A stretch of DNA of 60,376 bases from an uncultured virus (IMG/VR IMGVR_UViG_3300001335_000606) (lineage: Duplodnaviria > Heunggongvirae > Uroviricota > Caudoviricetes), in the IMG/VR virus record IMGVR_UViG_3300001335_000606, one strand, 5' to 3'. Position numbers and translations under genes: made by a program. The notes beneath the pieces were generated by a model that had not been told where the DNA came from, ran no database searches, and saw nothing but the letters and a program-made list of their open reading frames with translations. Positions 12,185 through 26,106 of this stretch are shown piece by piece (the stretch's first letter is position 1; each line of letters begins with the position of its first letter).

Positions 12185-13468
12185 ATGATGAAGGTTTCTA
12201 ATTAGTTATAGGTTTGCAAAGATTTGGATTTGCAAGAACTATATGAAAACAATTGCTTAATTATATAGCATAATGGATGCAATTATATTTCCATTTTAAA
12301 TTAGGACTACTCCATTAGTCATACATATATATATCTTTAGAATTTTCAATTTGCCCCGTCAAAAATTGAAAAATTAATATATACAAACAATAGCAAATTT
12401 TTAAATCAATTCATTAAAAATCAATCCCCAAGAATTTTTTCCACTCTTTATTAGTATTATGAATGGCTTTCTTAGAGAGCAAATTCAATAAGAGTCATTG
12501 ATATTACCAAATTTTCCGCTTTTTAGTTTGAAGGATTGGATTCTAAATCAGAACTGATTAATATAAGCAATATAATATCTTGGTGGAGAGGAATATATCG
12601 TCTGGTCAAAAATTTCCCTGAACAAACTCTTTTGATATACAATTTTTTTAATTATACTTTGTATCTTTTGTCGAGAAATGCAATAAACATTTCATCTATG
12701 AGCAAATTTAATAAGTTCTTTCATGCAAAAGATTCAAATCAATATTTAGGTATAGACATTTATGATAATCGTTGTAAACATATAGGTGGAGGTATAAATT
12801 ATTATGGTATAACTTAGAATTAGCCTGAGAAGTGGAGCACATTTAAAGCGGAAACAGGAAAAGTTTTTTACAAAATTGATTTTGTAGCTTCTTATCTACA
12901 ATTACTATTATATATATTATAGTTGAAAATATAGGGGGACATATATGAATATTTGGCTCTGCAGTTAAATATGAAAACTGATAGTAGATAGAAAGTTAAA
13001 CAAAGAGTTTTTCAAATCTTGTTTTCAAACGAAATAAAGAAGTATCGAAATATAGATTTTTTCAACAAAATTTATTTATTTTCATTATATTTGAAAGAGC
13101 AATATCAAAATTAGGGATATGTTAAATCTTTAATTTCTTAGAAACATATAAAACTTCAAGGTAACAACGCTGTAAACAGAAGTAAATTGTTAAATGCATT
13201 TATAATGTCCCTTTAGAGTTAGTTGTATATTGGGTTATTATATCAATTATTAATGTTCAATAAAAATGTTTTAATGCCAGTCATTTTTAAATATGATGAA
13301 ATTATAATGCAAATAGATGTCAAGGAACTGTTAAACGAAATCCCGCAATTGGAAAGGATTTTAACATTGGATGATAACCTCAAAATTTCCCGTTACGTGG
13401 GAAAAAGATTAAATACACTGGAAAAAATAGAAGTAGGAGATGAGAAAAATGAAAAAAATGGAAATTAA
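12185..13468 (+). CDS. Divergent family A DNA polymerase-like protein (427 aa)
   Basis: Motif A-like FYKIDFVASYLQLL, GDIYEYLA, motif B-like KVKQRVFQILF, motif C-like FKYDEII. Confidence 0.6.
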
Positions 13469-13856
13469 GTCATCAATTTTACTATCAATAGTTAAAAAAG
13501 AAAATCTATGGAAACTAATTGATTCTTTAAAGGAAGATTTGCAACCTGAACAATTTTTAGTTTTGAAATCAACCAATAATCATTAGTATTAGGATTTCTT
13601 TTTTGTAATTTGTTAGTCAACTATTGGTAGAAATGAACCTGTTAAACATAGGTTTACGGTTGTTCATAAAAAAGGTAGATGTTATTACACTATTAATGCT
13701 TTAAATGCTTTAGTAGCTTTGGAAAATGATGGTGTGCCTGATGAAAATTATATTATAGATTGGTAGAAGTATCAAAATATGATATTCTTTATGAATAAAG
13801 ATAAATAGTTGGTTCAATTGAAAACAAGATTATATAAGATGATAAATAATAATTAA
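13449..13856 (+). CDS. Conserved phage hypothetical protein
   Basis: VHKKGRCYYTINALNALV..IDW*KYQN motif; AGGAG SD. Confidence 0.7.
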
Positions 13857-13859
13857 AAC

Positions 13860-13881
13860 TTTTTTTTAAACAAGTTATAAT
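13860..13881 (+). promoter_or_regulatory. Putative promoter (T-tract + GTTATAAT) of the SSB gene
   Basis: TTTTTTTTAAACAAGTTATAAT in intergenic DNA. Confidence 0.6.
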
Positions 13882-13983
13882 AATATAAGCACACTCATGA
13901 TAAAGACAATCTGCTGCTAAATAAAAAAAGAGTAATAGTGGCGAACAGTTCAGTATACCGAAGAGAGTGCGAAGGAGAAAAAA

Positions 13984-14748
13984 ATGCTAGATCTAAACAG
14001 AGCACAAAAAAGGTTGGAATAGCTCCAACAAACAAGAAGAGACTATAGCCGTATTTCTTACAGGCTTCAGGAAGGACAGAATGTTCTTCGATTCATCACC
14101 AAACCAGGATAGACGTGGCCATTTAAGAATGGTGCACTATATTACAACATTAGAAAACCATTCTTTGTTTCACCAAAAGAATTGTATGACGAACCAGATC
14201 CAATATTGTAGCAATTAGAAGAGTTAATGAATACAAAGGATGAAGAAAATGTAGCTTTTGCTAGACAACATTTTCCCACTCGTAGGACATTTGCCTTAGC
14301 AGTAGTGAGAGGTCAATAGGAAAAGGGTGCAGTTTGGATAGCAATGCCTTTAAGAATTGAGCAAGAACTGGTAGGGTATATCACAAATGAAGATTATGGA
14401 GATATCACAGATCCTCAAACTGGAAGGGATTTCACAATAACTAAAATTAAAGGTAATCCTTTCCCTCAATATCTAGTTCAACCTAAAGGCAAGCCCACAG
14501 CCTTAGCTGATTCAAAAGAGAAAATTGAGGAAATTCTCAATAATACACCAGATTTCAAGGAAGCATTCAAGCATTATACATATGAAGAAATGGAAGAAAT
14601 TTGGGAGAAGTATTTAACGGGTCAAAAGAATAGTACTAATTAGGATGAAGAAGAGGAAGTAGACGAGGAACCTATAGAAGAGGAAAAAACTGATATTGCT
14701 GCAACCTTGGCTGCATTTAAAAAGAAAAAACTTAAATCCTAGAAATAA
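13984..14748 (+). CDS. Single-stranded DNA-binding protein (T4 gp32-like)
   Basis: EGQNVLRF, EPDPI, VVRG, DYGDITDPQTGRDFTITK, acidic C-terminal tail. Confidence 0.85.
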
Positions 14749-14782
14749 TAATAATAATTATCTAAAATGTTAGTAAAAATGT

Positions 14783-14807
14783 AAGGGGGCGAAAGTCCCC
14801 TTATTTT
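14783..14807 (+). terminator. Rho-independent terminator
   Basis: AAGGGGGC-GAAA-GTCCCCTT followed by ATTTT. Confidence 0.75.
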
Positions 14808-14836
14808 CCCAATAATTAAAAAAGGAATAACTATAT

Positions 14837-15964
14837 ATGGCAAAAAGTAAGCAAATTAATTCTTAGAAAGTTGATATGAAGAAACTTGTGAAGGAATTAA
14901 GAAAACATCAAGATCACTAGGGTGTTATGTTGGCTGAGGATATAGGTTAGCCTCCATTTTATTTAAGTACTGGCGATGATGTCTTGGATTTGTATATTTC
15001 GAATACAAAGCATGGAGGTGTAGCTGGAGGTAGAATTACAGAAATATCAGGATTATAGCAAAGTGGTAAGAGTTTGCTCTGTGCTCATTTAGTTAAATCT
15101 TGCCAGCAATTAGGAGGCATTCCTATTATAATAGATACCTAGGCTGCGACTAGCTGGAAATTTCTTCAAGCTATCGGTGTTGATATTGAGAATGTAATCT
15201 ATTATAATAATTTAGGTACAATTTAGAAAATACATAAGGTGACAGAGTAGTTAATGCATTCTGTTAGATTGTAGATGCCTGACACACCTATGCTTATTGT
15301 AGTGGATAGTATAACCGCTGCATCAACCTAGAAAGAATTATAGAATAAAGAGTATTAGAACAAAGGATATCTCGCTGCATTAAAAGCAAAAATGAATAGT
15401 GAAGCTTTAAGAAAGTTGGCTATAATGACGGCAAGGCAAAATGTAGCATTAGTCTATACATCCCAAGTAAGAGTTAAAATGGATGTTGCTAATCCATATA
15501 TGGATCCATATGAAAGCTCTAGCGGAGGGAAAGCTTTACAATTTTATGCTTCAACTCGAGTAAGATTACAAAAGAAATCAAAGCAAAAACAAAAAATTCA
15601 TGGCGTTTAGACTGTTGTAGGTATACAGGTTAAAGCCAGATTAGATAAATCTAGGCTTGGAGCATCTAATAGAGATTGCTAGTTTACAGTTTACTACCAT
15701 GCAGGTATAGATAACTATACAAATTGGTTGAAGGTTTTAAAAGATTACAAAGTTATAGATGGTAAAGGTACTAAGAATATTCCTTGGGTTGTTAAATTTG
15801 AAGGTAAGTAGATAACTATCCATGGGAACTTTTATGACGCTATTAGAAAAGATGAAAAGTTAAGAGAGCAAATATATGATATTATAGCGTAGTTATTAAT
15901 TCTTAAATATCGTCCCATAGAAGAAGTTTAGCAACTTGAAACAATAGAATAGTAGGAAGGTTGA
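14837..15964 (+). CDS. recA: RecA/UvsX recombinase
   Basis: GRITEISGL*QSGKS Walker A, IIDT*AA catalytic Glu, IVVDS Walker B, SGGKALQFYASTRVRL. Confidence 0.95.
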
Positions 15965-15988
15965 AATAATTTTTAAGGAGAATTTACC

Positions 15989-17686
15989 ATGAATCGAAAA
16001 ACTGCTAAAAAGCAAAAAAGAGTATTGAAATATCTAACTTAGATTATTGATAATCTACAAGCAACTGCTAAGGCTGTATTTTAGAAATAGAGAGATATGT
16101 AGGAAAATATAATAACAGATATTATACATGTCCTTAAAAAAGATTAGCCATTGATATTTTAGAAAAAACAAGAATAGCCTGAGAAAAAAGTGAAGGTTAG
16201 AAATGTTAAAGGCAGAAATAAAAACAGAGCGTACTATGTAAATCAATCCACTTATGAACAAGACGCTTAGAATAAATATGAACTTGCAGATAAGAGTGCT
16301 AACTTTCATGCAAATTCTGAGAAGAAAGTTTCTAAAAAACAAGATAAAATTGCAGAAGATAAAAGTACATCCAAGAAGTCAAAGGTTAAAGGTAAAAAAG
16401 AAAATCTCAAACCTTAGAAAGATGTAAAAGAACAAATACAATCTGTTTTGCAGTTAGGAAATGACTATCATGATTCCGGTACATTGAAGGGATATGACAA
16501 AAAAAGATGGAGTACTTTCGAAAAAAATATGGCGATATTAATTGATGAAAGTGCAACATATGAACAACAGCAAAAAGCTTTGAAGATTCTTATAAAGAAC
16601 TAGTTCATACAGACTAATGCTTATGCAAGTAAAAAAAGAAAAATATATCTTAACAATAATATTTTCGGTATGTTTCCAAGTAGTGATGAAAAAGTTTCTA
16701 AAACCTTAGGTGCAAGATCCCATAAATCTCTAATGACTGGGTCACAACAATAGGGTGGGGAACACATTCAAAAGATTCTCAAGATGGCTGAAGAATCAAA
16801 TATTATGATTCCCGTAAGACCTAATCGAACTTCACAGGCTCAAGGATCTTGCAATTAGAAGGGAATGGTAGCTTTATTGCATCCCACTGATTAGAATAAA
16901 AAGATATACGCAGAAGAAAAGGCGTCCTTTTAGAGTGTAGGAGGCGATGTAGGCAAGATTCATGCAATGAATTAGATTATGGCAAAAAATGTTAGTTAGA
17001 TGTGTCAAAGAGAAGGTTTAACTATTATAGATGCCAAAGATATAGGTGGTGTTGGCAAAAAAGTTTTAAAAGATAAATACGGAATTGATAATAGAAAGGA
17101 TCCTACTGACATATTATTAAAAGTACAAAAGAAGAATGGCAAGGTAGGTTGGATAAAAATTTCAGCGAAGTTGTATACGGATACGAATTCTATTCTTATG
17201 AAGAATAATGGTCTATTTAGTGTTGGCGAAATTTATTTTGGAGATAGTGGCAAGTAGCTTGATTCTTATGCTAAAAAATTAAAAAATAAACCAGATTATA
17301 ATTTTGCTGAGAACGGAATTTCAGATGCTTAGAGAAAAGAACGACGCCATAAGTATAGAACTGCTTATGTTAAAAAACTTTATGAAGCATTGAAGAAATA
17401 GTAGGCTAAAGGTGAAGAAGGCCAAAAAACCTTGCTTAGAATGTGGAATATAATACATGGTTGTGGCGAAAATGTATATACGTGTATAGGCGATACATCC
17501 ACAATGAAATCAGATATGCATGATCCCGATTATTTTTGCCACCCCTAGTTACCTATGCATGTATAGATGGATGGAAATAAACTTGTAACGACCTTTGGAA
17601 CTGTAAAAAGAGTTGTTTAGATGTCGATAGCATTTACTCCTCAGAGTGCTTTGCTACGATCCAAATCTGTAACAAAAAAGGGTTGA
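15989..17686 (+). CDS. Hypothetical protein (565 aa), possible C-terminal PD-(D/E)xK-like nuclease fold
   Basis: Continuous frame; Lys/Glu-rich linker; DPTDILL..WIKISAK resembles a D..(S/E)xK nuclease signature. Confidence 0.5.
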
Positions 17687-17689
17687 TAA

Positions 17690-18634
17690 GTGCTCTATAA
17701 TCTTAAATATGGAACATCAACAAAGAGAATTCTTGTAATAGATGGAACGAATGCTATTATTCGTGCTGTTTCTGTTGCAGAGAAATACAAGTTAGAATTG
17801 TATGGATTGTTTTTTAAAACTATTTCTACTGTTATAAAAAAATTCAAACCTTTTGAATGTTATCTGGTTTTTGATGGTTAGGGTGGAAACACGATAAAGC
17901 GTACCATTTTTTCAGAGTATAAACTTCAAAGAAATAATGTTACAAAGTTGCAAACATAGGATTATAACAAGTTATTTTCAATGTTGACACATACTCCTAT
18001 TATTACAATAAGAATGAACAATATAGAGGGTGATGACGTAATTGGACATATTGTCCGTAAAAATTAGAATAGAGGGCATAAAATTGTAATATGCTCTTCC
18101 GATAAGGATTTCTATCAATTGTGCTCCGAAACAGTACAAGTTTGGAATCCTATTAAAAAAGTTCTTATGACAAAGGACATGGTTATACAGAAATATAATT
18201 GCCATCCTATCAATTTTCCAATTTACAAATCTTTAATAGGAGATAGTTCCGATAATATACCAGGCATAAAAGGTATAGGATAGAAAACTATTTTAAAATA
18301 CTTTGGAAATCTGTTTAAAGAAGTTTAGCCTTTGAATGGTAATATGAATGATTTCTTATAGTATATAGAGAAAGAACTCCCTCATTCTGATATGAAACTT
18401 CGCATGTTGGAGCATATTGTGGATTTAAAGAAATATTGGAAGATTGTAAACTTAAGAAATGGAACTTTTTTGTCCCCACAATTAGGAAGTGTCCTAGATT
18501 AGTTAATAGAGAATAAGAAAAAAAATTTGAATTTTGATAAACAAGCATTTTTAACGGAAGCAAAAAAACATGGAATAAAATCCGAAGATCTTGTTATAAT
18601 ATACCCAAGTCTACATTTTATTATTAGGAGATAA
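17690..18634 (+). CDS. 5'-3' exonuclease / flap endonuclease (T4 RNase H-like)
   Basis: LVIDGTN, VFDG, YKLQR, EGDDVI, SSDKDFYQL, GDSSDNIPGIKGIG*KT. Confidence 0.92.
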
Positions 18635-18644
18635 ATATTATTTT

Positions 18645-20043
18645 ATGAAAGATACAAATGGTAAATTTTAGTATAATAATTAGTTTCTGGAAAGGTTGAT
18701 AGTAGCGACATTGACTGATTTAAAATTTCTATTAAGATGTATCGATCTCGAGGTAAGTCAATATATAGAAAGTGAACCTCACAAATGGATGGTTGATTTT
18801 ACAATTAACTTTTATAAGGAATACAGAGTTATTCCTTCTATGTAGTCTATACAATTGAAGATAGAATAGCAAAAATAGCCATTGTTTAAACAATCCCTTT
18901 CTAAAACTTTCATTGCGGTATTAAATGCATTTGAAGAAGAAAATCTTTAGTTTATAAAAGATACTGTCATAAACTTTTGTAGATTCCAGTAGTTGAAAAA
19001 AGCAATTATGAAATCTATTGATTTATTAAAACTTTAGGATTATTAGGAAATATATGATTTAATAAATTAGACGAGATTTAAGGGTATTGATTCAAATCTT
19101 GGTATATAGTATGTGGATTCATTTCTTGAAAGATATTCAAAGAAATAGACCCATACAACAGTAGAGACTCCTTGGACGATATTAAATAATATATTAAAAG
19201 GTGGAAGCATAAGTAGTAGGTTGCATTTAATTGTTGCACCGCCTGGAATTGGTAAATCTTGGTTTTTATGTAATCTTGCATCGCATGCTTTAAAATGTAA
19301 TAAAAAAGTTGTTTATTATGCCTTGTAGATGGAAGAATGGGAAATTGCTGAAAGAATAGATATCTTGTTACTTGGAAAGACTCCTTAGCAAATTAAATTA
19401 AACCCCGTTAAATATCGGGAAGAAATATAGAAATATAAATCAAATTTGCAAATAAAGGAATTTTTACCGAAAGTATCTAAGCTTGTATAGATTGAAAATC
19501 ATGTCAAGCAACTATAGCTGTTTGCTAATTTTATTCCCGATTTGATAATTGTGGATCATGGTGATAATTTAAAATTGCCGACGAATATAGGTTCAAACAT
19601 GTATAGTTTATATGGAGCAAATTTTGTGGGTATGAAAGCTATTGCAAAGAGTTTGAAGATACCAGTTTGGAGTGCAAGCCAAGGAAAAAGAGGCACACAG
19701 ACTAAACAGTATATTTTTGAAGAAGATACTTCTCACTCTATGTAGAAAATAGAGATTGCAGACTTCGCTATATCGTTAAGTATGTCTCATGAAGATAAGC
19801 TTACAGGGACTTGCCGTTGGGCTATCATTAAAAACAGGCATGGAAGAAGTGGTATGGTTTATAATGGCATAGTTGATTTTGAAAGAGGGGAAATGAATAT
19901 CTTTGATTCGCATACGAAACAATCAGCAGAAGCAAGAGAAAGGATGGATAATGGTAATACACTTGTAAAAGCAAGAGTTTCTTAGAGATTATTGAATGCA
20001 AAACGAAATAAAAATAAGTAGAAAGAACAAACAGGAGATTTTA

Positions 20044-20057
<14 letters not shown>
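18645..20057 (+). CDS. Replicative DnaB/gp41-like helicase
   Basis: APPGIGKS Walker A, YYAL*M catalytic Glu, IIVDH, PVWSASQ, IKNRHG. Confidence 0.93.
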
Positions 20058-21669
<1,612 letters not shown>

Positions 21670-21677
21670 GGTGAATA

Positions 21678-22043
21678 ATGAAAAAAATAAAAGATTTTCT
21701 AATATAGAAACTTACATCTAAAGATAAATTTATATTTGATTATAATAGTGATTATGATGTTATCATAGTAAATTAGATGATGAAGTAGGCAACTAAAAAA
21801 TTTGATAATGTGAAGTAGTTTTATAACTATATTAAAAGCGGTACCGGATTTTGGATGGATGTTATTCAAAAGTTTAAGAAAGATCTTGGATTAAAACCTA
21901 AAGAAGTTCCATGGGATTATATAAATAATTATTTAACCAAAAGGCAATCAATAATGGGGAACAAATAGTGCGGATCAAAGAAAAGAAATAAATCTTTTGA
22001 TTTTTAGCCTTTTTACAACAAATTTAGAAGAGGTGGTAAATAA
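21678..22043 (+). CDS. Hypothetical protein
   Basis: GAGGTG SD; open through TAG to TAA. Confidence 0.65.
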
Positions 22044-22213
22044 TGGATAAATCAAATGAAAAATTAAAAAACACAGAATAGATTAGGACTAATTTATGGG
22101 TAGCCTAGATTTGTAATGAAGCTGGGGATATTGTTATCAATCCCAATATGATACATGGTTTAAATATAAAGGATAATGATGGGAATTTTAGTGTTCAGGA
22201 TTTTGAGTTATGA
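22043..22213 (+). CDS. Small hypothetical protein
   Basis: TAATG overlap with upstream stop; GAGGTGG SD. Confidence 0.55.
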
Positions 22214-22425
22214 GTATAATGGTGCATATAGATGATTCAATTAATTTGGAATTAATTGGGCAAAGATTTTTGTGGTATATGACTAAAAAATATGTTCTGT
22301 TTTAGACACCTTCTGTTTATACCAAAAAGATGATATAGAAATGTCTAAATTAGGTATTGGATATGGAATTTAATGTAAGATTGAGTGAGAATAAGATTAC
22401 ATATAGGGGGATAGGGCAGAAATGA
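22210..22425 (+). CDS. Small hypothetical protein
   Basis: ATGA overlaps at both ends. Confidence 0.55.
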
Positions 22426-24194
22426 ATGATTTTCAGATTGAAATTTGGAAAAACAATTATAAAGCACCTAAAGATGAGACCATTTAGGATACATTTTTAA
22501 GAGTATCCAAAGCTGTCGCATCAGTGGAAAAGGATTAGGAATCAAGAAAAGTCAGTTAGGATTTGTTTTTTAAGGCGTTATCAGAATGGAAGTTTATTCC
22601 AGGCGGTAGAATTATTGCGAATGCAGGAGTAGGCAAGAGAGATAAAGCGACCTTGTATAATTGCTATGTCTATCATCCTTATGATTTCGGAATAAAAGAT
22701 ATAGATAGCATGGATGGTATTTTTTAGTCCTTAAAAACTTCTGCTAAAATATTAGCAAGTTAGGGAGGATTAGGCATTAATGCAACATTTATTAGACCTA
22801 ATGGTAGCTATATTAGGGGAACAGGTGCAAGGACTCCAGGCGTTTTAAAGTTTTTAGAACTTTGGGATAAAGCAAGTTAGGTTATTACGATGGGTTCTAA
22901 TAAGGTTATGAAAGACAAATATTCAGATGTACAGAAGAAAAAAATAAGAAAAGGTGCGCAAATTGCCGTCTTGGATATTTCGCATTCCGAAATCAAGGAT
23001 TTTATCACCGTAAAACAAACTTCTAATAGATTAACTAAATTCAATCTATCTGTTCTTATTCCGGATAGATTTATGAATGCTGTCAAAAATGACGAAATGT
23101 GGAAACTTTGTTTTCCCGACGTAGATTATTAGAAGTATAAATAGGAATGGGATGGGGATTTAGAAAATTGGATAGTTAAAGATAAACCTATTGTAGTAAC
23201 GGAAGAACTACCTGCCAGAGAATTATGGGATTTGATTATGGTTTCTACATATAACCGAAATTAGCCAGGCGTGTTGTTTTATGATACCATTAATCAATTA
23301 AACCCTGTTAGTTATTGTTAGAATATATTGACCACGAACCCTTGCGGAGAAATAGCTATGCCGTCTAATGTTTGCAATTTGGGTTCTCTAAATCTTGTTA
23401 AGTTTTATAAAGATGGAGAATTTGATTGGAAGGAATTTGAACAAATAATAAAAATTGGTGTCTGTTTTCTAGATAATGTGTCAGATTTTTCTTATGTCCC
23501 AATTAAACAATATTAGAAAAAAATTCTGGAGAAGCGTAGAATTGGATTAGGAATAATGGGTCTAAGCTCCCTATTAATGATGATGGGATTACGATTTGGT
23601 TCACCTTAGGCCATAGAATTTGTAGATAAACTCTTTAAATTTAAGTGTGAAACTTAGTTACTTACATCAGCATTTTTGGGTAAAATCAGAGGATCATTTA
23701 AATCATTTGATGATGAAAAATATTTTTCCACACTTTGGTGGTTTGATTTGCCCATTTCCTATAGAGTCAAAAGATAGATTTAGAATTTAGGTACCATGCG
23801 TAATAGCGTTCACGCCAGTGTGGCTCCCACGGGGAATTGTGTTGTTGGTTCTACAAGGATAATGACATAGGAAGGTGTTTTGTCTATTAAAAAGATTGCA
23901 GAATAGAATCGTGTGTTTAAATCAAAAAACAAAAAACAATGGTTCATCCCTATTAAATCTTTGCGTGTGTATACTTTAAATGGCTTAAAGAGAATTGTTG
24001 GAATTTATAATAACGATGTTACAAATAATTGTTCCATAACAACGGAAACTGGAAAAAAAATAATTGGGACAAATTAGCATAAGATATTGATTAAAATAAA
24101 TGATAAACAAGCTATTTGGAAGAAATTGTCAGAATTGAAAATTGGAGAAAAAATATTGGTTAAAAAGAAAGTGGAGGAAGTGTTCAATGAATGA
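22422..24194 (+). CDS. nrdJ: Class II ribonucleotide reductase, N-terminal part, fused to split-intein N-fragment
   Basis: FIPGGRIIANAG, LYNCYV, N*PGVLF, TTNPCGEI, CNLGSLNL, RRIGLGIMG, SVAPTGN then intein block A; ends TGA. Confidence 0.92.
23838..24191 (+). mobile_element. Split intein N-fragment (118 aa) of NrdJ
   Basis: Starts CVVGSTRIMT; block B GTN*HKIL; LSELKIGEKI; basic tail then TGA. Confidence 0.88.
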
Positions 24195-25506
24195 AGTTGT
24201 GAACATTAATATTAATGATTTTGATTAGGAAATTATAATGAATATATATCTTAAGAAGAAACATACCTACGACATATAGGTTTAGGATGCACATCATTAT
24301 ATTTTGGAAAATGGAATTGTCAGCCATAATTCTTCTATATTCGCTGGCCAGGTATCAAATGGTATTGAACCTGTATTTATGAAGGAATATACTCGTTGGG
24401 TCGTAATGACGGATTAGTAGAAGCAATCACTGTAGTAGAGACATTATTCTATATAGTATGAAAGTAAACCAGATAGTGTTTAGGTTTAGGAACAGTAGTA
24501 TCAAAAAATTCCCAATCCTCAATTGGGATAGTGGTGGTAGACTTGTGTATTTAAATTTGCTGAAAGAGGTAATGAACAAATCCTTAGGGGAGAAATTGAC
24601 GGTGTCATCTATGAAATTGATAAAAATCGTGGATTAATTAAACCTATGTAGGTTATGGATTATGGATGGAAATATGTTAAAGAACATTAGTTGAATGATT
24701 CGGGTGTAGTTTAGATTACCGATTTAAGTGTTGATGACCATATAAATATGTTAGCAACTTCCGCTAAATACATTAATCAAAATCAATCTAAAACTATTAA
24801 TATTCCCAAGGATTACAAGTATTAGGATTTCAAGGAAGTCTATTTTAAAGCATGGTAGAAGAAAATTAAGGGTGTTACAACATATAGAGATGGAACAATG
24901 ACTGCTGTAATTTAGAAAAAAAGTAAAAATAAACACAATGCCAGAGAATTAGAATAGTTGTTTACAGAGAAGAATGGTACCGTAATTTTAAGTGATGTCA
25001 AAATTCCTGATGTTTCCTACGCTTTGCAATATAAAATTAAAGATAAATATAAGAAAAAATGGTATTTCACTCTTTCATTTGCAGACAAAAGTTTAACCAA
25101 ACCATTTGCTTTGTTTATTAGAACAAATAATAGATAGTCTACTTAGGTCACGGATTTAGTAATTAAAGCCATGGAAGATTTGTTGTTGGCTAAAGGAATT
25201 AAGGAATAGTTAATATTGGAGCAAAAAGAAAAATATTCTAACCAAACAAATGTTGATAAGATTGGTAGAGCTATAGGTATGGCGTTGCGTCATAATATTC
25301 CTATCGTTGATATTGTTGAAACATTAGAAAAATACAGTGATGGACTTTCTACCTTGATATTTCATATTAAAAAGGTTTTATCTGAATATATTAAAGATGG
25401 AACACGAATTGAAAATAGAACATGCTCACAATGTGGAAGTGAAAGTTTGGTTTATCAAGGGGGTTGTGTTACTTGCATAAATTGCGGAAATTCAAAATGT
25501 ACTTAA
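24187..25506 (+). CDS. nrdJ: Split-intein C-fragment (48 aa) fused to NrdJ C-terminal part
   Basis: Own GGAGG SD and ATG in a different frame; TYDI*V*DAHHYILENGIVSHN followed by SSIFAGQVSNGIEPVF, SKTINIP, KGVTTYRDG, terminal Zn-ribbon with GNSKC. Confidence 0.92.
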
Positions 25507-25514
25507 AAAAAAGC

Positions 25515-25542
25515 TTTTCTTTTTTTAAAAACGGGTTATAAT
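25515..25542 (+). promoter_or_regulatory. Putative early promoter (T-tract + GGTTATAAT)
   Basis: TTTTCTTTTTTTAAAAACGGGTTATAAT directly ahead of a TAG-free three-gene cluster. Confidence 0.7.
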
Positions 25543-25575
25543 ATAATAAAGAGGTTATATAACAAGGAGTTAAAA

Positions 25576-25863
25576 ATGAAAAAAGTTGCAGACACCCACT
25601 ATCGTCCCTTTCACTTGAAGAAGGCGAGCAAAAACCGAGGCTGGATCGGGCACACTTACATGATTTCAGATGGTCAATGGGAAAGGCTGAAAGACAAGCC
25701 ATATGCTTCCAAGTGGGCAATTTCCAGCATCGGTGCTGGTTATAATTGTGTCTTCCGCAATATCCGCAGAATGACCTTTGCAGAAATCGAAGACGGACTT
25801 GAGTATGGCCTCCCCGAGGAAGCCAGAGAGGAATATTACAAAGCAGGATGGGAAAGAGCATGA
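25576..25863 (+). CDS. Hypothetical protein, TAG-free
   Basis: AAGGAG SD; intact in the standard code; higher GC than flanks. Confidence 0.8.
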   Translation: MKKVADTHYRPFHLKKASKNRGWIGHTYMISDGQWERLKDKPYASKWAISSIGAGYNCVFRNIRRMTFAEIEDGLEYGLPEEAREEYYKAGWERA

Positions 25864-26102
25864 AATTCAATGAGAAAGAAGACATTTGGCCATATTTTGG
25901 AGATACGTATAAGGTATATGTTCCAAAAGCTTTAATAACCGAATTTGAAGATTGGGCGAAGAAGAACAAAATAGATATTAAAATTTCGGCAACATATAAT
26001 TATAGTCATAGAAAAAACTTTGTCGCCAGAGATTATATAGTTCATAAAGATCATAAAACTTTGATTAAAAGATGGCTTAAGAAATCTTATAAAGGAATTT
26101 AA
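25860..26102 (+). CDS. Hypothetical protein, TAG-free
   Basis: ATGA overlap with upstream gene; ends TAA. Confidence 0.75.
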   Translation: MKFNEKEDIWPYFGDTYKVYVPKALITEFEDWAKKNKIDIKISATYNYSHRKNFVARDYIVHKDHKTLIKRWLKKSYKGI

Positions 26103-26106
26103 ACAT

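Noticed and set aside
25469..25969. 166-aa minus-strand ORF, and similar ones at 16055-16342, 20349-20708, 55484-55846, 55747-56070
   Set aside because: Antisense shadows of well-supported plus-strand genes, with no SD or recognisable motifs
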